DNA of 63,658 nucleotides from a virus (Duplodnaviria; Heunggongvirae; Uroviricota; Caudoviricetes): IMG/VR virus record IMGVR_UViG_3300031088_000776; one strand, 5' to 3'. Shown piece by piece: positions 55,846 to 63,658 of this stretch (position 1 is its first letter; each line of letters starts with the position of its first letter). The notes under the pieces were generated by a model. It saw only the letters and a program-made list of their open reading frames with translations, ran no database searches and was not told where the DNA came from. The position numbers and the translations under genes were made by a program.

Positions 55846-56406
55846 CTATCCTCTTTCATTTATAGCATAAAGGACCCCAGTGCATGTGTCTGAATTATTA
55901 CCACAAAAAATACACTCATACTTACTATCTTTAGAGTTTCCACTATAATAGCTTTTATATTCCATTACTTTTCTAAAACCTAGATCAATAAGTAGCTCTT
56001 CACTACCTCTAATGGGAAACCCAGGTTCACTATCACGATCTTCGATTACCGGCTTTTTTAGCATTAATTCGATTCTAGATACATTTTTAGCGGCCATTTT
56101 TCTAAGAACTCCAACAGTTAACTTAGTTCCATATCCTTCATTTCTATATCGCGTAGATACACAAATGCAGTCAATAACTCCAGTAATGTAATTCTTGCCG
56201 CTTTCTAATTCTTCTGTATTAAAATGGTATAAGGCGAAACCTATTGTTTCTCCATCCTCGATTTTAATGAGAATATGATAGTCTGTATTATAGTTGAATA
56301 ATGATTGAAGAACTCCACGCCCAAGTGATTCTTGCGCTATGCGTTTTACTTGGACAGGGAGTGACGAGTAGGTAATTTTAGAGCTCATCTTAACGCTCAC
56401 TTTCAT
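55846..56406 (-). CDS. GNAT-family acetyltransferase
   Basis: IDCICVSTRYRNEGYGTKL (motif A), LLIDLGFR, C-terminal CIFC...C. Confidence 0.8.
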   Translation of the reverse strand: MKVSVKMSSKITYSSLPVQVKRIAQESLGRGVLQSLFNYNTDYHILIKIEDGETIGFALYHFNTEELESGKNYITGVIDCICVSTRYRNEGYGTKLTVGVLRKMAAKNVSRIELMLKKPVIEDRDSEPGFPIRGSEELLIDLGFRKVMEYKSYYSGNSKDSKYECIFCGNNSDTCTGVLYAINERG

Positions 56407-56450
56407 TGCGTTCCGAACAAATTGGTTACCTTGAATATCGTCTACTTGAT

Positions 56451-56909
56451 CTATTCATCCTCAAATAAGGAATTAAATAATTCCTCATGAGAGGGTTCTT
56501 TAGTGAATTTTTCTTTCATACTTTCTAGACCATCATCCACTAATTCTTTTTTAATTTCGTTTCCATCTCTAAAGAAGTATTTGTAAACTTTTCGCCAATT
56601 GTCTTTAGTTATATATTTATCTCTATACTCTTCAGACGAGTTTCTTAACTTCCACAGATTTCTTATTTTAGTTGACACTCGAATCTTAAGTCTATCGTGC
56701 GAGTCGATCTTTTTATCACCGATAGAATATTCGCTCCACTCATGTGAAGAAACCGAAAACAAGTCTCTTAATCCAAACTCACCCTTATTCACAATCTCTT
56801 CGACAGCAACATCAAGAAAACCCTTTAGCACCTCTTCGACAACATCAGCTCGAATGTCTGTATGTTTAGAAATTTTAGAAATTAATTCTCTTCTAGGTGT
56901 TCTACCCAT
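56451..56909 (-). CDS. HU/IHF-like DNA-binding protein with C-terminal extension
   Basis: RRELISKISKHT...VEEVLKGFLDVAVEEIVNKGEFGLRDLFSV. Confidence 0.7.
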   Translation of the reverse strand: MGRTPRRELISKISKHTDIRADVVEEVLKGFLDVAVEEIVNKGEFGLRDLFSVSSHEWSEYSIGDKKIDSHDRLKIRVSTKIRNLWKLRNSSEEYRDKYITKDNWRKVYKYFFRDGNEIKKELVDDGLESMKEKFTKEPSHEELFNSLFEDE

Positions 56910-56918
56910 GTTAAACTC

Positions 56919-57371
56919 CTATGAATAAGAGCTTACGCCGTAGAAAGCAGCAGTGCGAGCCCACTGTTTTATCTTACCAGTAAAATACTCATAGAATTCA
57001 TCAATAGGAATTATAGTTTCATCAGACTCATCATAGGCAAGCTCCCAGCGATCACGAAGCTTTAGCAATCTTAAATCTGACTCTATTTTCACTCCTTTAG
57101 AAAGCTCTATAACGCCAATGTCTCTTTTAGTGTTGATACGAACTTCAATAATATCTTCACCAGACCAGTTATTTTTTGAAATTTCAGTAACTTTCTGGAA
57201 TAATTGATTAAAAGAATGCATCACAATATTATTGCGATCTTCAGTGTTCAAATTTACTCGCCACTTTTTACTTGCAACTTTAATCTCATCTTCAATCTCA
57301 AGCCTCACCTTCTTTAGAAAGTTATTCTCTAGCTTGATTGTCACATTCACTTTTGGTGGTTGTATTTTCAC
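56919..57371 (-). CDS. Hypothetical protein
   Basis: 150 aa ORF within the operon. Confidence 0.6.
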   Translation of the reverse strand: MKIQPPKVNVTIKLENNFLKKVRLEIEDEIKVASKKWRVNLNTEDRNNIVMHSFNQLFQKVTEISKNNWSGEDIIEVRINTKRDIGVIELSKGVKIESDLRLLKLRDRWELAYDESDETIIPIDEFYEYFTGKIKQWARTAAFYGVSSYS

Positions 57372-57415
57372 TTTTCCTCACAATTCTTTTAGCTCTGATA
57401 GAGATATCTTACCAA

Positions 57416-57460
57416 AAAATATAGCCCGTTGACAGTGAATTAGTCAACGGGCTATATTTT
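57416..57460 (-). terminator. Terminator hairpin downstream of HU
   Basis: AAAATATAGCCCGTTGAC...GTCAACGGGCTATATTTT. Confidence 0.8.
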
Positions 57461-57475
57461 AATTAACAAATTTTA

Positions 57476-57763
57476 TTACTTACCAGCAACTTTGTTTCGG
57501 AAAGCTTGTAGAGCGCGAATCTTAACAACCTTAGTTTCTGGAACATCAATAGGTTCACCAGTCTTAGGGTTCTTCATTTCACGAGCAGCGCGAACGGAAG
57601 GCTCAAATGAGGCAAAGCCAGTTAGCTTAACGCTATTTCCCTCGGCTACAGAGTTAACAATGATTTCCTGAATTGCTTCGATTGATCGTGCAGCGGCGGC
57701 CTTAGAGACACCAGTCTTCTCGGCAAGCTCGTCAATTACTGCTGATTTATTTAAAACTGACAT
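57476..57763 (-). CDS. hup: Histone-like protein HU
   Basis: LNKSAVIDELAEKTG...VKLTGFASFEPSVRAAREMKNPKTGE. Confidence 0.95.
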   Translation of the reverse strand: MSVLNKSAVIDELAEKTGVSKAAAARSIEAIQEIIVNSVAEGNSVKLTGFASFEPSVRAAREMKNPKTGEPIDVPETKVVKIRALQAFRNKVAGK

Positions 57764-57837
57764 ACAGTTCTCCTTAATGTTATGTTACATAGATTTACAG
57801 GTTATAGTATAGATAATATCAACTAGTTGGTCAGTTA

Positions 57838-58194
57838 TTACTGATTTTTCCGGAAAATTCCAAATTTATTTTTAGAGACTGAAGACTCATTTTCAGAAGC
57901 ATCACGAATACTGTTAATGATTTCATAGGCTTCATTATTTTCATCGAACATACTTATATCTGAGTTATCAATCTCAAAAGCGGATTTTTCAATCTCTTCA
58001 GGAAGCGACTCATCTTCAACTTCTTCTTCAAAAAGATCAGGAAGTTCGTCATTTTCAATATTCTTACTATTAATAATATTGAGAACAAGCCAAACAATTA
58101 CCCCTAAAGCCAATAATCCAACGAACGCCAAAAGAACAATAGCGCTAATTTTCATTGTCTGATAATCTAGGGCTAAAAATATCTCATTAACCAT
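57838..58194 (-). CDS. Single-TM acidic protein
   Basis: TM ISAIVLLAFVGLLALGVIVWLVL. Confidence 0.65.
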   Translation of the reverse strand: MVNEIFLALDYQTMKISAIVLLAFVGLLALGVIVWLVLNIINSKNIENDELPDLFEEEVEDESLPEEIEKSAFEIDNSDISMFDENNEAYEIINSIRDASENESSVSKNKFGIFRKNQ

Positions 58195-59299
58195 TTACTT
58201 TTACCTTCTTACCTTCAAACAAGAATGACCATCTTTCAGGCCTTATCACTTTACCCGATTTTTCAATACTTCTCAAAACTGAATCAACATCAAAATCATC
58301 CGAGGCCTCATTCTTGTCTAAATTCTTGAGAAAATGATAGAATGGCCCATTAACATCAGTTAAAAGAACTTTCCAAGTACTTGAAATTCTCTTATATGTC
58401 TTATCGTCTAGACCTTCAAGCACTTTAGAGAGATCACCAAGAGGAACTGTCAAATCAGACATGAACACTGCTTTTGCAGCATCAGTTAAATTATGCGTAT
58501 TTATAAATATTCCAAAAGTTGTTTCAAAGAAAGGATCACGGTCTTTCTCTGAAAACTCTGCATTCATACTATAATCTTCAACAGGATCAATTAGAGTAGT
58601 ATAACTAAGATTCTTCTCAAAATTCTCCTGCTCTTCAATTGATTCAATACTCATATTTAGGTTAACTTGTGAGGGATTACCCGAATCACTAACGCGACCA
58701 TTCATAGTCTTTATATCAGCTTTACCACTATGAAAATACTCTAAAACTTCATGATTCTCAGCATATCTCCCGAGCTGCTCTGAAAGCCTTTTACGAACTG
58801 CTGAAATCTTCTTATATTTTTGGAATCGCGATGGAGCAATACCATAAGGAGCTTCAAGAACAGTTAACTCTTTCTTAGCGTAAGTTGTAATCCACTGAAA
58901 AATATAATTAGTTGAAGACTTATTTATCTTATCAACCTCAAAATGACGGAGACCTTTAGATAGCCCATTGATTCCAGCATAATAAAGCATGTCAAATAAA
59001 TCTTCGCGATTAGATAAGTGACTTGCGCTAATAATTTTTTGTAACTCACGAGTAATTAAAGGGTCACAAAGACTAGTTATCTTCTCTATCGCTAATTCTT
59101 TTAAGTGGAGTCTATTCTCTAGATTATTCCGCTCGCCAGGGGTTAGAGATTCAGCCTCTAGAAGTCTTGTTGCAGCTTTGTCACCTATATGAAACATAGG
59201 GACATAAAACTTCAAAGCCTCAATAGTAATTCTATCATTAGTTATTTTTCTTGGCTGAGCTGAACCTTTTGACCTTTTAGGTGCAGTTGTAGGTATCAT
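58187..59299 (-). CDS. Divergent sigma70-family factor
   Basis: Region 2-like DMLYYAGINGLSKGLRHFEVDK..SSTNYIFQWITTYAKKEL; region 3-like RKRLSEQLGRYAENHEV. Confidence 0.65.
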   Translation of the reverse strand: MIPTTAPKRSKGSAQPRKITNDRITIEALKFYVPMFHIGDKAATRLLEAESLTPGERNNLENRLHLKELAIEKITSLCDPLITRELQKIISASHLSNREDLFDMLYYAGINGLSKGLRHFEVDKINKSSTNYIFQWITTYAKKELTVLEAPYGIAPSRFQKYKKISAVRKRLSEQLGRYAENHEVLEYFHSGKADIKTMNGRVSDSGNPSQVNLNMSIESIEEQENFEKNLSYTTLIDPVEDYSMNAEFSEKDRDPFFETTFGIFINTHNLTDAAKAVFMSDLTVPLGDLSKVLEGLDDKTYKRISSTWKVLLTDVNGPFYHFLKNLDKNEASDDFDVDSVLRSIEKSGKVIRPERWSFLFEGKKVKVNG

Positions 59300-61347
59300 A
59301 GGGTTCTTCCTCTCGGGTCAGTAGGCAAGCCTCCGCCTGAAGATTTACCAAAGATAGAACTACGGCTAGGTTGACTACTTTGCGCCTGTATTGGTGCTGT
59401 TTTTTGAAGAACATTACCAATAGGCGTACTTAAATATTTGCTAATGTCAATATCACGTTCATCTAGTTTCTCACGCAAAGCATCAGGCATACTTCCAGCT
59501 TTAAAGTGACTATCACTCTTAACATCATACTTATATAAGTCCGCAGTTGTAATTCTAGCTTCGTCACCATCTGAAACTGTGTTTGATACAGCTGTAATCG
59601 AAGAAACTCTATGTCGACCATCAGGGAGAATAATCAACTGGACAATAAGATCAATAGTTTGCGCAATATCCAAATTCACAGCCTTGATAGGTTGGCGCTC
59701 AGAGCCCTGTAATGCGAAAAGAGACATTTTCTCAAGGCAACGCTTAGGGGTGTCCGCGTGAATTGTAGTCATAGAACCTTCTTGACCAGAGTTAGCAGCA
59801 ACTAGGAAGTACGCGAATTCTTTACCTCGAGTCTCACCAATAATTAACTTATCTGTTCTCATGCGCTGGAATTGCTGAACGACCCAGGATAACGCTGCAG
59901 TTTTGTTTGGGTCCATACCTGGTCGAGCTGGCTGAGAATGAAGATATGTAGTATCGGGCTGGTCTAACTCTAATTCGGGAATATCTTCAGCAACTCCCAT
60001 TCGTGTAGAATCAGGAATTAGTTTAGTCATGGCCTGAAGCATTGTAGTGTTATGAGTTGGTATATAGTCTTCAGTATGCAAGAATAAATGCGAAGGAGAA
60101 TCTACCATGAAGCACCAGTAGTCTTCAGGGTTATCAGAAATTTCTTCAACTTCAAGAATGTAATGTCTCTTATCAACATTGACTGAATCAACTGCTAAGA
60201 CTCCTTCTTCTGGATAGAAGCCAAATACATAATTATCATTCTCACGTGAAATACCTTCAACCTTCCATCCAAGAGAAGAAATAACTTCACGGAAATCCTC
60301 AATTAGTTGAAGTGATTTTAACTTAATATTAGCCTTACCATTTTCATCTTGCTTCGACCCTGAAACGCTGACTACACCCTCAATGAGAGCAATACGCTGA
60401 TACTTTGAAGCCACCTTATAACTTTCAAGAAGTTTGCGGCCAACTTTATTGTCATCCTTTTCTTCACCAAGAGACAAACTAACTCCCTGCATAAAAGGAT
60501 TAACAGGCTGAATGCTCTTATCATAATCTACTGAATTAGTTAATCCTTCAATAGCGAAACTAGGGCGACCATCAACAATGACTCCGTACTCAAATATCTC
60601 ATTTGTAGTAAGATTAGCCTTTTCACCTTTTCTCGAACCTTCAAGAATTGTTACTGGCCAAAGATGTCCGGTTCCAGCCTTTACTTCGCGGCCGTTATCA
60701 AACTTTAATCTATAATGCACTTTATCCATCGGTCGATACTTCTTAAGAAGTAGAGTTCTATTTCCTTTTTCATCAAAAAGAATATCCCCAGGCTTAGCTG
60801 TGCCTACAGTTTTCATTCCCTCGATTGTTGGAATTTTAGTATCTACATGGAGGTCTTTACCAGCTCCAGTACCACCGCTAATAACGATAGTCAGGTTGGC
60901 TCTTACAGCATCTTTTAGAAAGTTTAGCATTTCGTTTGCCATTGACCCTTGGGCTGCAATCTGTTCAATCTCAGTAAGAGCTCTTGCTTTCTTTGTGATT
61001 GTTACTTGAGGTGAATCACATGCTGGCGGTAGAACAATGTGACAACGACCTCTCACAATATGGCCACCAAATTCATACATAATCGGCCCCTCATGGAGGA
61101 AATTGTTTTCTTCATAGCCAAAATTCGATTGAACTAGAGGGATTAATCCTCTTTCAACACTTTCAGTATATTCACGAATATTTGTTTCTGAAATACCTTC
61201 CATCTTTTCTCTACGACCGCGGCGCTTCAAGAAGAAGCTTCCCGGCCCGTTAGACATGATTTCTGAGACTGACGGGTCGAGAAGGGCATTTAAAGCAATA
61301 TTCCAGTCAGGGTCTTTACTAATATTGTAAAGTTGATGATTGAGCAT
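59296..61347 (-). CDS. tadA: TadA/CpaF (VirB11-family) ATPase containing an intein
   Basis: SEIMSNG, GGTGAGK|intein|TTML, AEDIPEL, DKLIIGETRG, GSMTTIHA. Confidence 0.9.
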   Translation of the reverse strand: MLNHQLYNISKDPDWNIALNALLDPSVSEIMSNGPGSFFLKRRGRREKMEGISETNIREYTESVERGLIPLVQSNFGYEENNFLHEGPIMYEFGGHIVRGRCHIVLPPACDSPQVTITKKARALTEIEQIAAQGSMANEMLNFLKDAVRANLTIVISGGTGAGKDLHVDTKIPTIEGMKTVGTAKPGDILFDEKGNRTLLLKKYRPMDKVHYRLKFDNGREVKAGTGHLWPVTILEGSRKGEKANLTTNEIFEYGVIVDGRPSFAIEGLTNSVDYDKSIQPVNPFMQGVSLSLGEEKDDNKVGRKLLESYKVASKYQRIALIEGVVSVSGSKQDENGKANIKLKSLQLIEDFREVISSLGWKVEGISRENDNYVFGFYPEEGVLAVDSVNVDKRHYILEVEEISDNPEDYWCFMVDSPSHLFLHTEDYIPTHNTTMLQAMTKLIPDSTRMGVAEDIPELELDQPDTTYLHSQPARPGMDPNKTAALSWVVQQFQRMRTDKLIIGETRGKEFAYFLVAANSGQEGSMTTIHADTPKRCLEKMSLFALQGSERQPIKAVNLDIAQTIDLIVQLIILPDGRHRVSSITAVSNTVSDGDEARITTADLYKYDVKSDSHFKAGSMPDALREKLDERDIDISKYLSTPIGNVLQKTAPIQAQSSQPSRSSIFGKSSGGGLPTDPRGRTL
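60049..60855 (-). mobile_element. Class-3-type intein (269 aa) with decayed LAGLIDADG region
   Basis: Starts DLHVDTKIPT; block B GHLW; block F WCFMVDSPSHLFL; ends PTHN with Thr at +1. Confidence 0.88.
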
Positions 61348-61399
61348 TTCTCTCCTTAGAGCAATTAAGATATAGGAAGTTATAACTCAATATCAAACT

Positions 61400-63658
61400 T
61401 TAAGCTATATTCTGTCTTGGCGCTAACTGAATAACATTATCAGCAATAGAATCAATATGATCATTATGAGCAATAAGAATCACTTGACCTTTACAAACCT
61501 CTTTGATAGTATTAAGCATCTGTTCAGCTCTTACTTGATCCTGTGAAACTAATACCTCATCAAGAATAATAAGGTTTGATGAAGACCCAGAATTTAAGAG
61601 CATCGAAATAGCGAGTCTTAGAGACATTGAAGCTGCCGATAGTTCTCCACCTGAAAGAAGTGAGACTGGTCTTTCAGACCCATTTGACAATAAGACTGTA
61701 GCGTTAAACTTTGGGTCAAGCTTAAGCTGTGTGAATGCCCCCTGAGTGAACCTACTCATAAGATCTGAGGCAAAGGCTTCAATAACAGGAATTGACGTTG
61801 CAATTCTTTCTTCTCGGAATTTTTCGATAAGTTTTTTAGATGTTGCTGCAACCTCTACTGACTTCAGTAAGTCTTTATATTTAGCAATCTCTTCTTTACT
61901 TCGCTTTATTGTACTTTCAAGACTTGAAAGACGCTCTTTATTAAGATTACGCTCACCTCTATCATCTGAGAATTTAGCTCGAAGATCTGAATATGTCGAT
62001 CTTGCGGTCTCATATTTAGAGCGAAGTTTAGCTAATTTCTCAGGAGACATTGAACCTGAATCTTTAACCTCAGACTCCATTTTCTCAAGCTTCTCATTCA
62101 GAGTGTCAATCGAATCAATAACTTTTCGACTTCGCGATAGTACTCTTTCATACTCGTCTTTAGCATTCTTGTTGTATTTAGCCTCGCTATAAACTTTCTC
62201 AAGAACCTTCAACTCAGTCTCAATAGCCTTAATCTTAGACCCAGATTCTACAATTGATTCTGAAAGACTAATATTCTCTTTTTCTATTTCAGATTTTTCT
62301 TTAATAGCATCTTTAATCTGTTCAAGATTTTGAGTTTCAAGAGATAAACTCTCTACTTTAGAATCACGATCAGAAATATTCGGTTCAATTTCAGAAATAT
62401 TATCTTCTAGTGAAGATATTTCCTTTTCAAGTGATTTTACTGCAACTGAAACGTCTGACACCTCTTGAAGACATGTCGGACAAGAGCCGTGACCTTTTGA
62501 GATAACATCAATTGCTTTTCTTATTTTTTTAATCTCAGCATTAGCAGAAATCTTTTCAGAATTTAAAACTTTTATTTCTTTATTAAAATCTTTAATCTTT
62601 TCATTGTTCACTTTAATTAAAGAAACGATCTCTGATGAGCTAAGGTCATTTTTTTCTAAAATCTTCTCGAAAGACTTTATTTTAGCATTATTTAGGCTTA
62701 ATTTACGCGTAGACTCAGAATTATCTAACTCTAAAGTCCTCAATTCAGATTTAGCCTTATTTACTTTAGGTTCAATCTCAGAAAGATCAGTGCCGGCTGC
62801 AAGCCCTGATAGCTTTGATCGCTTTTCACTACGCTCTTCATTAAGATGCTCAAGTTCAGACTCAAATGACTCGATCTTGGCTTTTGCTACAGCAATATTA
62901 AACCTTAAGCGCTCACCTCTTAAAGACTTCTCATTTTCTTCATCAACTTTTTTCTCGAGTTCTTCATTTTCTTCTTTAGCTTTTACTAATTTGTCACGAA
63001 GTTTCTCGAGATTCTGAGTCTGCTTATCTATAACTGACTCAAGTTTTTTGAATTCTTTATTAAGTTTTTCAACTTCAGTTTCATCAACAGTCGAAAGTGA
63101 GGCGACTTTCTTTAAGCTATTGTGCTCTTCGCTAGCCGACTGTAATGCTGCTGTAATTGCTGAAATACCTGTTAAGCGTTCAATCACTTTTGCTCTTTCA
63201 GATGGACCCGCTGAAATAAGGTGGTCCACCTCTTTTTGCTGAACGAGAATAGCCGCTAGGAATCCCTTTTCATCCATATTGAGTCTTCTAGTGACTTCAG
63301 TCTTAACGTGAGTTACAGCAGAACCTGCTAAATGTGTTTTTACCTCATTACCTTCATCGTCTTCAGAGATTTCCCAAAGGTCTGCCTCAAGTGCGCCGCC
63401 TTTAGTCACCATTCTTCTTTCAATACGAAGATTCTGACCGTTGACTTCAAAGTCTACAATAACGTAGCATTTATCTTTACCAAATTCTGCCCCTTCTCTG
63501 TAAAGTGCTGACGCCTTAGAAACTCCGGACGGTTTAGTGCCGTACAGAGCCCAAGCGATACTGTCAACAATTGTTGATTTACCAGCGCCGTTTGTACCTC
63601 GTAATGCGGTAATTCCGTCTGCGTCTGGTTCAAGTACAAAGTGCTTATGAGAGCGCAT
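61400..63658 (-). CDS. sbcC: SbcC/Rad50 SMC-like ATPase (5' end probably truncated by the window edge)
   Basis: GTNGAGKST, Zn hook CPTC, LSGGE signature, LIILDE; MRSH corresponds to the usual internal NFRSH motif. Confidence 0.92.
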   Translation of the reverse strand: MRSHKHFVLEPDADGITALRGTNGAGKSTIVDSIAWALYGTKPSGVSKASALYREGAEFGKDKCYVIVDFEVNGQNLRIERRMVTKGGALEADLWEISEDDEGNEVKTHLAGSAVTHVKTEVTRRLNMDEKGFLAAILVQQKEVDHLISAGPSERAKVIERLTGISAITAALQSASEEHNSLKKVASLSTVDETEVEKLNKEFKKLESVIDKQTQNLEKLRDKLVKAKEENEELEKKVDEENEKSLRGERLRFNIAVAKAKIESFESELEHLNEERSEKRSKLSGLAAGTDLSEIEPKVNKAKSELRTLELDNSESTRKLSLNNAKIKSFEKILEKNDLSSSEIVSLIKVNNEKIKDFNKEIKVLNSEKISANAEIKKIRKAIDVISKGHGSCPTCLQEVSDVSVAVKSLEKEISSLEDNISEIEPNISDRDSKVESLSLETQNLEQIKDAIKEKSEIEKENISLSESIVESGSKIKAIETELKVLEKVYSEAKYNKNAKDEYERVLSRSRKVIDSIDTLNEKLEKMESEVKDSGSMSPEKLAKLRSKYETARSTYSDLRAKFSDDRGERNLNKERLSSLESTIKRSKEEIAKYKDLLKSVEVAATSKKLIEKFREERIATSIPVIEAFASDLMSRFTQGAFTQLKLDPKFNATVLLSNGSERPVSLLSGGELSAASMSLRLAISMLLNSGSSSNLIILDEVLVSQDQVRAEQMLNTIKEVCKGQVILIAHNDHIDSIADNVIQLAPRQNIA

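Noticed and set aside
63640-63658. ATG at 63658 as the true sbcC start
   Set aside because: It lies at the window edge, and the motif position implies additional upstream codons.

Overview
AT-rich window (roughly mid-30s % GC by eye), densely coded and mostly on the minus strand. It looks like part of a large extrachromosomal element (megaplasmid or jumbo phage/plasmid-like replicon). Its proteins are of actinobacterial type: SSB, G5-NlpC/P60, G5-SLT transglycosylase, PASTA protein, DsbA-like, DivIVA-like and HU. No virion, rRNA, tRNA or CRISPR features were recognised. Modules: (i) 1-2.7 kb, a decayed RHS-tip/immunity-like array; (ii) envelope-remodelling genes; (iii) DNA metabolism (Pif1-like helicase, HolA, SbcD, SbcC, SNF2-like helicase, SSB, two HU-like proteins, a sigma70-like factor); (iv) 37.7-61.3 kb, a conjugation/secretion-like cluster (FtsK-like coupling-protein fragment, two VirB6/TrbL-like proteins, TadA/VirB11 ATPase); (v) an endonuclease-rich accessory region. 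Four observations stand out. First, four unrelated enzyme or unknown domains share one N-terminal His/Cys leader, suggesting a polymorphic effector family. Second, a dispersed ~125-160 bp hairpin repeat has its 21-nt loop flipped in one copy. Third, the FtsK-like gene ends in a 29-aa intein N-fragment followed by two free-standing endonucleases, with an orphan Hint-domain gene ~14.5 kb away. Fourth, TadA carries a class-3 (WCT) intein that begins with Asp. All calls come from reading motifs by eye; no database searches were run, so novelty is unverified.
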